Source: Candidatus Levyibacteriota bacterium (lineage in GTDB: Bacteria; Patescibacteriota; Microgenomatia; Levybacterales; UBA12049). From it: DNA of 64,000 nt. Position 1 is the first letter of the stretch; each line of letters starts with the position of its first letter. Under the pieces are notes generated by a model. It was not told the DNA's origin. It did no database searches and worked only from the letters and a program-made list of their open reading frames with translations. The translations under genes and the position numbers were made by a program. The stretch is from NCBI GenBank assembly GCA_041906785.1, contig JAYRIM010000023.1, positions 64,019 to 128,018 on the forward strand, in the 5' to 3' direction. Shown here piece after piece: positions 48,702 through 58,820 of this stretch.

Positions 48702-49501
48702 TACCTTAATTTACCAAATATAGTATACACGTTCTTTGTGGTTTGTTCTACGAAATCCTGATATGGTACTGTTTTTAACTCTGCAAGGAATTTTGCAGTA
48801 TGAATGATATATGCAGGTTCATTTCGCTCCCCTCTATGTGGAACTGGCGTTAAAAATGGCGTATCTGTCTCAACAACCATTCTTTCTATTGGAACATAGG
48901 CTGCAATATCTCTCAGATCTGTACTTTCACCGGGTGCTAAACCTTTATAAGTAATATTCCCATCAAAACCTATAAAAAAATCTAAATCTAAAGCATCTTT
49001 TAAAAATTGCATAGACCCTGCAAAACAATGAAACATTCCTGGCACTTTCAGCAAAGAATTCTTATAATATCGTAAAATTTCTATAACATCCTCCCCAGCC
49101 TGTCTATTATGGATCTGCAATGGTAACTTTAACTCGTAAGCCAATTCTATTTGTTTCTCAAATGTTTCTTTCTGTATTTTTGGATCAACTATTCCATTTG
49201 ATTTATAGGAAAAATAATCCATGCCGATTTCTCCTATCCCTATAACTTTTTCATGGTTTGCAAGTTTCCTCAGTTCCTCCAACCAATTATCCTCAAGTTT
49301 ATCAGCATGGTGTGGATGGTATCCGACTATTGCATACATCTGCTCATATTGCTCTGCGAATAGGACTGCCTTCTGACTTGAATCGAGCTTTGTCCCAACA
49401 TTTATTATCCGTGTCACTCCAGCATCAAATGCTCGTTTTGCTACGGCTTCATAGTCGTTTTGAAAAGAGTGAAATTGTAAATGACAATGAATATCGATCA
49501 T
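48701..49501 (-). CDS. tatD: TatD family hydrolase
   Basis: IDIHCHL, GYHPH, IGEIGMD, IHNR, HCF, ETDTPFL. Confidence 0.95.
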   Translation of the reverse strand: MIDIHCHLQFHSFQNDYEAVAKRAFDAGVTRIINVGTKLDSSQKAVLFAEQYEQMYAIVGYHPHHADKLEDNWLEELRKLANHEKVIGIGEIGMDYFSYKSNGIVDPKIQKETFEKQIELAYELKLPLQIHNRQAGEDVIEILRYYKNSLLKVPGMFHCFAGSMQFLKDALDLDFFIGFDGNITYKGLAPGESTDLRDIAAYVPIERMVVETDTPFLTPVPHRGERNEPAYIIHTAKFLAELKTVPYQDFVEQTTKNVYTIFGKLR

Positions 49502-49518
49502 ATGCAGTAGGTTATGTT

Positions 49519-50223
49519 TTAGAAAAGACGAACGAAGGCAGCAAAAACAGTACCAACAGTATACGCTATTACGCTATATGTTGCTAAAGGATATCTTTTA
49601 TATTCACTTTTCACTTTTATAAAAAAATATACGCTGATACCAGTAAAAATAACTGCATATACTAAACCGACTAAAACTTTATCAAATGCAGCGTACGCGA
49701 AAATCGCAAAAGCATAGATAAACGCATTCAAAATCAGTAGTAGCATTTCTTTTTTCCTCATCTGTTTTTGTGGATTTTTCTGTTCAAACAATAACAAAGG
49801 TAGATTCATCAATATTGCTCCAATAAAGTAAAGTATGTTTCCAAAATAATAATCATTGAAGAACATTCCATTACACTGGATTGTACTTAAACGGTCAATA
49901 GGACAGTATGTATTAAAAAAGAAACTCGCAAGCTCGTGAATACCATTTCCTGTTGCATAGAAATAAATGCCACTAATAAAAATAACTCCTAATAGTATTC
50001 CTCTCCTTGTTTTTAATAAATCAAAATTTCTCGTCACTTCTTTTAACAACAAAAATGGAATGATAACCGTAAAAAGAATTAACGTAACAATCTGAAACAC
50101 CTCATGTAAACGTAGGAAATTAAAAGGTTGTAGTAGAACCTTCGTCGTGAAAGAAAAACGCTCAATAGTCACTAATAAAACGTTTAAAGAGGAAAAGGAA
50201 ATAAGATAAAGTATTCGTTTCAT
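49519..50223 (-). CDS. Hypothetical membrane protein
   Basis: About 7 TM helices; GNGIHE and FFNDYY motifs. Confidence 0.72.
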   Translation of the reverse strand: MKRILYLISFSSLNVLLVTIERFSFTTKVLLQPFNFLRLHEVFQIVTLILFTVIIPFLLLKEVTRNFDLLKTRRGILLGVIFISGIYFYATGNGIHELASFFFNTYCPIDRLSTIQCNGMFFNDYYFGNILYFIGAILMNLPLLLFEQKNPQKQMRKKEMLLLILNAFIYAFAIFAYAAFDKVLVGLVYAVIFTGISVYFFIKVKSEYKRYPLATYSVIAYTVGTVFAAFVRLF

Positions 50224-50870
50224 AAAGTATTAAATAATTGTTGAACCTCATTCCATGATTTAATTGTGTAGTCTGGCTTTGTCTGTTTCAACTGATCAAA
50301 ACTATAAATCTTTTTATGTTCTTTCGGAAAGAATAGCGCTGTTTTCGCCCCTGCTGCCTTTCCCATTATCATATCGCTTTTTGAATCTCCTATCACTAAG
50401 CATTCTTCAGGAAGTACTTTTAATGCTGAGCTAGCTTTTATTACAGCATCAGGCGCTGGTTTAGGATTCTCTACGTCTTCATAGGCTAAAACTATTTGGA
50501 AGTAATCTTTTAAAGCATGTGTAAGAAGCATCCGATCTATATACCATCTGTACGCAAAAGAAATAACCCCTAAATGTATATTCATTCCTTTTGCAGATTT
50601 CAAAACTTTAACAACATCGGAGAAAAGCGTCGCTTTTGCTGAAAATTCTTCGCAAGCACTAAAATATATCCTTTTAAATTCATTTACATGTTCAGGAATA
50701 CCAAGATTTTCACAAATAGTTTCTTCTGTTTTACCAAAACACTGCTCAACAATTTCTTTTTCTGTGAGAAAAATATCAAAAGTTTTGAGTGCTCTACTAT
50801 ACGCTTTTGGATATAACCATAGAGTATTTATTATTGTCCCGTCGAAATCACAGAGTAGTGCTTTTATCAT
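50220..50870 (-). CDS. HAD family hydrolase, subfamily IA
   Basis: DFDGT, KPAPD, IGDS..D. Confidence 0.92.
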   Translation of the reverse strand: MIKALLCDFDGTIINTLWLYPKAYSRALKTFDIFLTEKEIVEQCFGKTEETICENLGIPEHVNEFKRIYFSACEEFSAKATLFSDVVKVLKSAKGMNIHLGVISFAYRWYIDRMLLTHALKDYFQIVLAYEDVENPKPAPDAVIKASSALKVLPEECLVIGDSKSDMIMGKAAGAKTALFFPKEHKKIYSFDQLKQTKPDYTIKSWNEVQQLFNTL

Positions 50871-52291
50871 TGTTTTATACGTGGAAACAAGGATTGCTGG
50901 GAAGTAACTTTTGGTCCTTTAAATTGCTCCAGAATTCTCCCAGCAGTTTCGGGTAGAAATGGTTGCAAATGGTAGCCAATATATTGGATATGTTTCGAAG
51001 CAGTAGTCAAAACTTCGACCAATTCTTGACCTGACAATTTCCATGGTTCTTTTTCATTAATATACTTATCTGCTTCGCGAATTCTGTCCCAAAGAATTGC
51101 AAGTGCTTCATGAAAAAGAAATTGCTCTATCTTAGAGTCAATATGCTCATCAAATATACCTGAGAATTCAGGAATCGTTACATCATTCTTTTCGATCAAT
51201 TTCGCGACACGTGCTACGAGATTTCCTAATCCATTTGCTAAATCTGAATTATATGTCTCTATAAGCTTCTCTTCAGAAAAATCGCTATCAGCAAAAGGCG
51301 ATATCTTCGCAAGACAATAATACCGCAACGCATCTGTACCATATTTATTCACCATTTCTACTGGATCTATTACATTTCCTACAGTTTTCGACATCTTCTG
51401 TCCGTTAACTGTAATATATTCATGAACAAAAAGCTTTTTAGGAGTCTGAAGTCCAGCAGAAAGTAACATTGCAATCCAATAAATTGCATGAAATCTCGTA
51501 ATACCTTTACCCACGACTTGAACATCTGCTGGCCACCATTTATTAAACTTCTCTTCGTCTGTGCCAAATCCTATACCACTTAGATAAACAATTAATGCGT
51601 CAAACCATACATAAATACGCTGTGTATCATCAGCCGGAACAGGGATTCCCCAATTTTTTGCTCTTTCATTACTACGTGATATGCTAAAGTCTTGTAACCC
51701 CGATTTTATAAATACTAATACTTCATTCTTTCTATGATCAGGAATTATAGTAAACTTTCCTGATTCGATAAGCTCTACTAACGCATTTTGATAGTTTGAA
51801 AGTTTGAAAAAGTAATTCTCTTCTGAAACTTCCTCTAATTTTTTACCTGGATGTTCAGGACATTCACCTTTATCATTAAGATCACTCTGAGTTTTAAATT
51901 CTTCACAGCCGATACAATATAAACCTGTATAAGATTTTTTATAAATATCTCCTTTCTTGTTACAAAGTTCCCATAGTTTTTGACTTGCTATTTTATGATT
52001 TTGAAGACTCGTTTTTTGGAAAATATCAAGTTGAACTTGTAGTTTTTTTGCAACTTCCTCGAATAGACGCGCGTTTTCATCAATATAAGTCTGAATAGGT
52101 AAACCTGCTTTTTCTGCAGACTGAACATTTTTTATTGCGTTTTCATCACTTCCCCACAAAAAATATGTTTCATCTCCGATTACTCTATGATATCGTGCAA
52201 TAACATCACTTTGAATAACCTCTAAAGCATGGCCTATATGAGGCTTATCATTTACATAAGGAATTGCTTCTGTTAGATAAAATTTGTTCAT
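50867..52291 (-). CDS. metG: Methionyl-tRNA synthetase, short form
   Basis: IPYVNDKPHIGH, YVWFDAL, KMSKTVGN, LANGLGNL. Confidence 0.97.
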   Translation of the reverse strand: MNKFYLTEAIPYVNDKPHIGHALEVIQSDVIARYHRVIGDETYFLWGSDENAIKNVQSAEKAGLPIQTYIDENARLFEEVAKKLQVQLDIFQKTSLQNHKIASQKLWELCNKKGDIYKKSYTGLYCIGCEEFKTQSDLNDKGECPEHPGKKLEEVSEENYFFKLSNYQNALVELIESGKFTIIPDHRKNEVLVFIKSGLQDFSISRSNERAKNWGIPVPADDTQRIYVWFDALIVYLSGIGFGTDEEKFNKWWPADVQVVGKGITRFHAIYWIAMLLSAGLQTPKKLFVHEYITVNGQKMSKTVGNVIDPVEMVNKYGTDALRYYCLAKISPFADSDFSEEKLIETYNSDLANGLGNLVARVAKLIEKNDVTIPEFSGIFDEHIDSKIEQFLFHEALAILWDRIREADKYINEKEPWKLSGQELVEVLTTASKHIQYIGYHLQPFLPETAGRILEQFKGPKVTSQQSLFPRIKQ

Positions 52292-52336
52292 ACCAGGACG
52301 ATTGTAGCAAAGCTAGCCTTGAATAACAAGAAATTA

Positions 52337-52690
52337 TTATTTTCTTCTTGTCCAGGAAGTGATCAAAAGTTCAATAGTAATTACTGTGCTTGCAAGTAAA
52401 ATGAAGAAAAGAGGGTTTCTCAAATTATTAATTAAAAAAACACCCGAAATTGTGAAGAAAATCCCTACAAGCAATGCATAAATTTTATTTTGTAATATTG
52501 CTAAAGTGATAAAAAACGAAACACAAAAAACTAGGAAATAGAAAATATATAGTACAGGTAAAAAAATTCCTGAAAAAAGTGGATATATATAATCTGGGGG
52601 AACATTGAAGATAAATAATAACAAAAAACAGATAAAAATAATTGCGAAAAAAAACGAGAGTCCTCTTTTCTTTTTTGTATGAGTCTTCAT
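52337..52690 (-). CDS. Hypothetical 4-TM membrane protein
   Basis: 117-aa hydrophobic ORF. Confidence 0.65.
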   Translation of the reverse strand: MKTHTKKKRGLSFFFAIIFICFLLLFIFNVPPDYIYPLFSGIFLPVLYIFYFLVFCVSFFITLAILQNKIYALLVGIFFTISGVFLINNLRNPLFFILLASTVITIELLITSWTRRK

Positions 52691-52694
52691 AGTA

Positions 52695-53447
52695 TTAATA
52701 CCCGGGGAATGTTTCCTGTATGATTCCAGATTCTTCCACTAAATGTTCTTGTAATAAAGTTCTCATTGCGTCAACCATTTGTCCTGGACCAGCAATATAA
52801 TACGTATATTTATCTAATTCTCCAAGATATCTTTTTAAAAGCTCTTCAGAGATTCTACCTATTTCACCTTTCCAAACATTTCCCAGTACAGAACCAGTAA
52901 CTGTATATATCATAGCAATGTTCTTATTTTGTTTTGTAAGAGCATGTAGCTCATCATAAAAAACTATATCATCTATACTCGAAAATGATGAGAAAAGCGT
53001 TATAGATATATCCACCTTTTTCTCTGCGGCGTACATAACCATACTATAAAAAGGCGTAATTCCTATTCCTCCTGATATAAAGACAAGAGGTTTTTTTACT
53101 TCCTCAGGCAGAATAAATGTACCTACTGGACCCCAAAATTGGACTTTTTCACCCTCCTTTAATAGCAACAAATGTTTTTTAAATGTACTTTCAATAATCT
53201 TAATAGTAAGAATAAAAGAATCTTTTTGAAGTGGTGATGAGGCTATAGTAAAAAACCGAGAAGTTCCCCTAGAGTCAGGACTATCATGTGGTAATACCAT
53301 ACGTATATATTGTCCAGCAGAAAAATCCCAATCTGTTATTTTTTTATTCTCATCGTTAGTAAGATCTTTCCTATCAAAGTAAAATGCATAGGTGTCTCGT
53401 GTTAACTGTACTTTCTTCAAAAATGTTGATAAAAACTGCTCTGTCAT
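52695..53447 (-). CDS. FAD/NAD(P)-binding oxidoreductase (FNR-like)
   Basis: AGQY, RFFTIASSP, GP.GTF, GGIGITP, AGP..MV, ETFPGY. Confidence 0.9.
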   Translation of the reverse strand: MTEQFLSTFLKKVQLTRDTYAFYFDRKDLTNDENKKITDWDFSAGQYIRMVLPHDSPDSRGTSRFFTIASSPLQKDSFILTIKIIESTFKKHLLLLKEGEKVQFWGPVGTFILPEEVKKPLVFISGGIGITPFYSMVMYAAEKKVDISITLFSSFSSIDDIVFYDELHALTKQNKNIAMIYTVTGSVLGNVWKGEIGRISEELLKRYLGELDKYTYYIAGPGQMVDAMRTLLQEHLVEESGIIQETFPGY

Positions 53448-53518
53448 AAAGTGCTGATATTGTGATATAAATAACACTTTCCTTGCAATAGGTATTGTCT
53501 ATATGTTAGCCTAAAAAT

Positions 53519-53752
53519 ATGAAACAAAGAGTAAAAAGACGGAAAAAAGGTACAAAGTATTCAACAGGACATGTCTATTTTTCATTACTGATAGGATTAG
53601 CAGTCATTGCATTCTGGCGAGGAGCATGGGGACTTATGGATCTTTATCTCTTACCGGAAAATCCGACTCTTAGTTTTATCTTATCTCTTTTTCTTGGATT
53701 TGTTGTACTCCTTATAACCCATTATCTTATTAAAGAACTTCTGGGTGAATAA
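53519..53752 (+). CDS. Small hypothetical 2-TM protein
   Basis: 77 aa, FWRGAWGLMD motif. Confidence 0.7.
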   Translation: MKQRVKRRKKGTKYSTGHVYFSLLIGLAVIAFWRGAWGLMDLYLLPENPTLSFILSLFLGFVVLLITHYLIKELLGE

Positions 53753-53787
53753 TACTACCACATAAGTATGGTAGAATAAATGTCCAC

Positions 53788-56712
53788 ATGGCAGACACCA
53801 TAGCCTTCAACGAAGAACAGATAAAAGCAGTACAGCATGGAGATGGTCCACTGCTGATAATTGCTGGTGCTGGAACAGGTAAAACAACAGTTATCACACA
53901 GCGCATAAAGTATCTTATTTTAGAAAAAAAAGTTGATCCATCATCGATCTTGGCATTAACCTTTACTGAAAAAGCTGCGAAAGAAATGGAAGAACGGGTA
54001 GATATCGCACTTCCTTATGGGTACACGCAACTTTGGATTTCTACTTTTCATTCTTTCTGCGACAGAATCCTCCGAGATGAAGCTGTTCATATAGGTCTTA
54101 ATCCGGCTTTCAAATTATCTACAGAAGCAGAATCAATGCTCTTTTTGAAAAAAAATCTTTTTAAACTCCAATTAGATTACTTCCGTCCTTTAGGTAATCC
54201 TTACAAGTTTCTTCAGGGAATGCTGCAGCATTTCAGCCGTGTGAAGGATGATGATATTACTCCAGAAGATTATTGCAAATTTGCAGAAGAAATGAAGCAA
54301 AATACAGCTGAAGATCCACTAGAAGTTAAAAAAGTGGTTGAGCTTGCATACGCTTATAAAACGTATGAAGAACTAAAAGTTAAAGAAGGTATTATGGATT
54401 TTGCTGATTTAAATGCTAATGTTCTTAAACTTTTCCGAATGCGTTCAAATATTCTCGCCTATTATCAAAAAAAATTTCAGTATATTCTCGTTGATGAATT
54501 CCAAGATACAAATTATGCCCAAAACGAATTGGCAATGTTGCTCGCAGGTAAAAAAAGAAATATTAATGTGGTAGGGGACGATGACCAATCAATTTACCGT
54601 TGGCGTGGAGCAGCAATTGCAAATATCATTCACTTCCGTGAACACTATCCTGAAGCTGCAATTGTAACATTAACTCACAATTACCGCTCGTCAGAAGAGA
54701 TCCTTGATGCTGCATACAGACTCATTCAACATAATAATCCTGACAGGTTAGAAGTAAAAGAACATATAAATAAAAAACTACTAGCTGTACGAGGAAAAGC
54801 CAAAACAGAAGTCGAATTCCTGTATGCAAATAGGGTAGAAAATGAAGCAGAAGCCGTAAAAAACACTATTAAAAAGCTCGTCAAAGAGAACAATCTCAGC
54901 TTTAGAGATATTGCTATTTTAGTTCGAGCAAATGACCATGCCCAGCCTTTCGTCCGGGCACTCGAACGGGCGAAAATACCCTATCAGTTTTTAGGACCGG
55001 GGCATTTATTTCATCAGGAAGAAATTAAAGATTTAATTGCGTATTTAAAAGTGCTTTATAACTTTGAAGATAATGCAGCAATGTATAGAGTGTTAACACT
55101 ACCCATGTTTCAATTAGAAGCGCGGGATATTGCTGCTTTACTGAACCATGCAAAAAAGCAGAATTGCACGCTATTTGAAGCTTGCGAGCAAGCAGAAACG
55201 CTTTACCTACAAGATAAGACGAAAACAAATATAAGCAAACTTATTGCGATGATTAAAAAACACTTACAATCAGTCCCACGTGAGACAGCTGGACAAATTC
55301 TATACTACTTTCTAGAAGATTCAGGATTACTCCAACAATATCTCGGTGCTCAGCTACCACAAGAAGAAAAAAAAGCGCAAAATATTGCAAGGTTTTTTGA
55401 GCGTTTGAAGTCATTTGAAGCAGGGCATCCTGATGCATCTGTTTTCGCTGTGGTTGATTGGATCGAGCTTGCCATGCAATTAGGAGAAAGTCCGCTTGCA
55501 GCAGATATGGATTGGTCGATCAATAATGCTGTCAATATACTAACTGTTCATTCAAGTAAAGGATTAGAGTTTCCTGCTGTATTTCTCGTCAGTCTTGTCT
55601 CACAACGTTTTCCGACAAGAGATAGAAAAGAACAAATCCCAGTGCCCGAGAACATGATTAAAGAGCAACTTCCAGAAGGTGACTATAATCTTCAGGAAGA
55701 GCGCCGGCTTTTCTATGTAGGTATGACTCGTGCGAAAGATTTCTTATTCCTTTCTGCGTCACAATTTTACGGAGAAGGACGAAGAGAACGAAAAATATCT
55801 CCATTTGTCTTCGAAACACTTGGCGAAAACAAAATTAATACAATTATTAAGAAAGAAAAGGATGCACAAGTTGTTCAGCAACTATCTTTATTAGATCTCG
55901 CGAATGATAAAATCCAGCAAGAAAACCCGACAACTCATACCCCACAACTCACAACCCACAACTCACAACCAATTTCATATATTTCTTATTCTCAAATTCA
56001 ATCTTTCGATATATGTCCCCTGCATTATAAATTGCGATATATTTTAAAAGTACCTCCAGTTACTACAGCTGCCCAAAGTTTCGGCATGAGTGTGCACGCT
56101 GTATTGCGTGATTATTACCAACATATGATTAATGGTGAGCCTATTGAAAAGCTATCAATTGAAACGCTCTTACGGGACCGCTGGATTCCAATCGGATTTG
56201 AAAGTAAAGAACACGCAGCATCAGCATTTGAGGAAGCAAAATCGGCTCTTATCCAATTCGTGGAAAAGAACGGAAATGCTTCAGTAAAACCGCTGGGATT
56301 AGAAATACCATTTTCTTTCTATATGAATGGTATTAAAGTTGCTGGACGGATAGACCGTGTTGATGCATTACCAGATAATAAGATTGAAATTATTGATTAT
56401 AAAACAGGCTACCAAATACCAGATGAAAAAAAACTAGGTGATGACTTACAGTTATCCTTATATGCACTTGCTGCTTCTGAAGTTCATGATGTAATTTTTA
56501 ATAAAAAACCTGAAGAAATAATTCTTTCGTTATGGTATGTTGAAAAGGACGTAAAAATCTCTACCACTCGAACTGCCGCAGAACTTGAAGTCGTAAAACA
56601 GCAACTGCTAGAAAAGATTGAACAGATCAGTAAAAGTCCGTTTACCTGTCGTGGAAGTATGCTTTGTAATAATTGTGAATATAAAATGCTTTGCCAGACC
56701 TTTTTAAGTTAA
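53788..56712 (+). CDS. UvrD/PcrA helicase fused to a PD-(D/E)XK nuclease domain
   Basis: AGAGTGKT, VDEFQD, GDDDQSIY, KGLEF, EERRLFYV; C-terminal CP, GRIDR, IDYKTG, Q...Y and Cys cluster. Confidence 0.93.
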   Translation: MADTIAFNEEQIKAVQHGDGPLLIIAGAGTGKTTVITQRIKYLILEKKVDPSSILALTFTEKAAKEMEERVDIALPYGYTQLWISTFHSFCDRILRDEAVHIGLNPAFKLSTEAESMLFLKKNLFKLQLDYFRPLGNPYKFLQGMLQHFSRVKDDDITPEDYCKFAEEMKQNTAEDPLEVKKVVELAYAYKTYEELKVKEGIMDFADLNANVLKLFRMRSNILAYYQKKFQYILVDEFQDTNYAQNELAMLLAGKKRNINVVGDDDQSIYRWRGAAIANIIHFREHYPEAAIVTLTHNYRSSEEILDAAYRLIQHNNPDRLEVKEHINKKLLAVRGKAKTEVEFLYANRVENEAEAVKNTIKKLVKENNLSFRDIAILVRANDHAQPFVRALERAKIPYQFLGPGHLFHQEEIKDLIAYLKVLYNFEDNAAMYRVLTLPMFQLEARDIAALLNHAKKQNCTLFEACEQAETLYLQDKTKTNISKLIAMIKKHLQSVPRETAGQILYYFLEDSGLLQQYLGAQLPQEEKKAQNIARFFERLKSFEAGHPDASVFAVVDWIELAMQLGESPLAADMDWSINNAVNILTVHSSKGLEFPAVFLVSLVSQRFPTRDRKEQIPVPENMIKEQLPEGDYNLQEERRLFYVGMTRAKDFLFLSASQFYGEGRRERKISPFVFETLGENKINTIIKKEKDAQVVQQLSLLDLANDKIQQENPTTHTPQLTTHNSQPISYISYSQIQSFDICPLHYKLRYILKVPPVTTAAQSFGMSVHAVLRDYYQHMINGEPIEKLSIETLLRDRWIPIGFESKEHAASAFEEAKSALIQFVEKNGNASVKPLGLEIPFSFYMNGIKVAGRIDRVDALPDNKIEIIDYKTGYQIPDEKKLGDDLQLSLYALAASEVHDVIFNKKPEEIILSLWYVEKDVKISTTRTAAELEVVKQQLLEKIEQISKSPFTCRGSMLCNNCEYKMLCQTFLS
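55930..55971 (+). repeat. In-frame heptamer array (ACAACTC x6) in the helicase-nuclease linker
   Basis: acaactc atacccc acaactc acaaccc acaactc acaacca, encoding TTHTPQLTTHNSQP. Confidence 0.85.
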
Positions 56713-56778
56713 ACAAGCCTGAAAAATTGCTAAAAAAGAGCCTATAGCATTCGATTTAAGAAAATGGTATACTATAAT

Positions 56779-57160
56779 TGTTCTGAGAATCTGAACCACT
56801 ACTCCGACGTACGTCGGAGAGGAAAGTCCAGACAGCAGTATGCATGGAGCGGAGTGTAAACTCCGGCTAGCAATAGCCAGTGTCTTGATTGCTTTTCCAC
56901 ATATGTAATCAAGAACAAATTCTGAATTGACAGAATTTGAGAGGAACAGAGACGAGTGGAGATGAAACGGCCAATCCTACCTGCTGCAACTTCCGAACGG
57001 TACGTTATTACCAGCATACGGAAGTACCAAAGTTAGAAGGCATTCCGATAACATCGGAACAATGTGACTTAACATCATATTGAGAGAGATTGTGGTTAAA
57101 CCCGACTTCGCTAAAGCTATGACGGGTGAAACAGAATCTGGCTTATACATTCTCAGAACA
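56779..57160 (+). ncRNA. rnpB: RNase P RNA
   Basis: P1 ends TGTTCTGAGAAT / ATTCTCAGAACA; conserved GAGGAAAGTCC and ACAGAATCTGGCTTAT; TATACT just upstream. Confidence 0.93.
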
Positions 57161-57164
57161 TTAA

Positions 57165-57193
57165 AAATCCCCCCTTGAAAAAAGGGGGGGTTT
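57165..57193. terminator. Probable bidirectional terminator
   Basis: CCCCCCTT/AAGGGGGG stem between convergent rnpB and ABC operon. Confidence 0.75.
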
Positions 57194-57198
57194 AATGG

Positions 57199-57981
57199 CT
57201 AACTGCTCGCACTCGAGTATTGTCGTAGAGCATATCTCCAGAATGAATAGCTTAAAATCAGCGACAGCATACTAAAACCACAAGCCAAAAAAATACCTTG
57301 CAAAGATACCAAACCCAAAACAGCTTTTGCCGGAATTGTGATCATAGCTGCAACTGGAATAAAAAAGGTAAGGATCCATCGAAATGGATCTTTATAAATA
57401 TCTATCGGTATTCTTCCGAGTTGAGAGATATTTCTAAACATCCAAACTGCGTTATCCACCTCAGTTGTGATAACTCCCAATGAGAGAACAAAAATATGAA
57501 AAGAGATTGCGATAAGAATACCGTTCATTACTAATGTTACATACAGAATAATATCTATCAATTGTATATTCCCTATTTGCTGAAAAACATACGCGATATA
57601 CAGTCCCAGAGGAAATAATGTAAATAAATCTAAGATATCCGGCCCCCCAAAAAGACTTTGAAACAATGGCGACATGGGTTTTAATAAGAGATAATCAAAA
57701 CTTCCAGTTACTATATGGGATCTAAACCTGTAGACTTCTCGTAGAAGAAACTGGGCGATAATATCAACTAAATTATAGGTTAGAAAGAAAACAATTGCTT
57801 GCCACATACTGTATGTTCCTAATGATTTTGTTTTTCCTAAAAGAAGCATAAGAAATATGAGGAAAAAGGTAAACCGAATGATTTTTCCAAACAGAAAGAG
57901 AAGTACTCCAGACCGAGATGACATAGTTGTTTGTAATGTGCGCTGCATAATAATAATCCAGATATATAAATACTTTTTCAT
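57199..57981 (-). CDS. ABC-2 family (DUF990-type) permease
   Basis: I.TGSFDYLLLKPMS, R.PIDIY, TFFIPVA...IPA, YSSASS. Confidence 0.88.
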   Translation of the reverse strand: MKKYLYIWIIIMQRTLQTTMSSRSGVLLFLFGKIIRFTFFLIFLMLLLGKTKSLGTYSMWQAIVFFLTYNLVDIIAQFLLREVYRFRSHIVTGSFDYLLLKPMSPLFQSLFGGPDILDLFTLFPLGLYIAYVFQQIGNIQLIDIILYVTLVMNGILIAISFHIFVLSLGVITTEVDNAVWMFRNISQLGRIPIDIYKDPFRWILTFFIPVAAMITIPAKAVLGLVSLQGIFLACGFSMLSLILSYSFWRYALRQYSSASS

Positions 57982-58772
57982 CTTCCTTGTGCTGTATATT
58001 CTTTAATACCTTTTTGCCAGATATAGCGTGTTAATCCATAAATGATAAAAACCCAGAATATCCCTATCAAAAACCCTTTAAAAATAAATATGTAAGATAT
58101 ATGCCCAAGATATACTTTTAACGGAAAATAAACCAAATACATAAAAGGTAAAAGCTCGAAAATACCATATACAGCTCTCGGAAGAATATCGAGAGGGAAA
58201 AGTCCCCCGGAAAAGAAACCTAATAATGTAATAAAAAGAAATCTTGGTCCCCATACTTCGTTACTCCAAAACCCATAGAAAGAAATAACAACACTGATAA
58301 AATAAAACAACAAAATTCCAATTATAATTGCTACTAGGAAAAGCACTAAATTTACAATATTCGTTTGCAGAAATATTGGCGGTTTTAATAAAAAATATAA
58401 AATAATAAACTCAATACATGCGAAAAAAACATTCATGGTTTTATCTGCGATATCTTTCGCGAAGTAGTACCTTAAATACTTAACAGGACGAAGTAAATAA
58501 TTTGAGAGGTTCCCATTGTTTATATCATCACCTATTTTTGACGTTTGAGATGAAAAAACTAAGGCTGTAATCACAGTCATTCCGAAAACATATGTTAAGA
58601 TTTGTGACCTTGAATAGTTAAAGATCGCTGTTTGATTTCCTAATACTCCTGTCCAAAGGAAAAACAATGTTAATACTTCAAGAACACTTCGAACTCTCCA
58701 AATAGCGAAGCTTACTCGATAGGTTACTGCTTCTTCCCAGGTATTTCTAGCGACAATAAAATATTTTTTCAT
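57978..58772 (-). CDS. ABC-2 family (DUF990-type) permease
   Basis: DINNGNLSNYLLRP, FSGGLFPLDILP, LPF....P, YTAQG. Confidence 0.88.
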   Translation of the reverse strand: MKKYFIVARNTWEEAVTYRVSFAIWRVRSVLEVLTLFFLWTGVLGNQTAIFNYSRSQILTYVFGMTVITALVFSSQTSKIGDDINNGNLSNYLLRPVKYLRYYFAKDIADKTMNVFFACIEFIILYFLLKPPIFLQTNIVNLVLFLVAIIIGILLFYFISVVISFYGFWSNEVWGPRFLFITLLGFFSGGLFPLDILPRAVYGIFELLPFMYLVYFPLKVYLGHISYIFIFKGFLIGIFWVFIIYGLTRYIWQKGIKEYTAQGR

Positions 58773-58783
58773 ACCAAATTTAT

Positions 58784-58815
58784 CTGCAACTATGTGACTT
58801 TGCAACTCTGCAACT
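58784..58815. repeat. 8-mer array (YTGCAACT type x4)
   Basis: ctgcaact atgtgact ttgcaact ctgcaact between two permease genes. Confidence 0.7.
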
Positions 58816-58820
58816 CTTAA

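Noticed and set aside
53755-53774. CTACCA-N8-TGGTAG palindrome before the helicase gene, a possible operator
   Set aside because: Only 6-bp arms, no second copy seen and no match to an SOS box I recognise.
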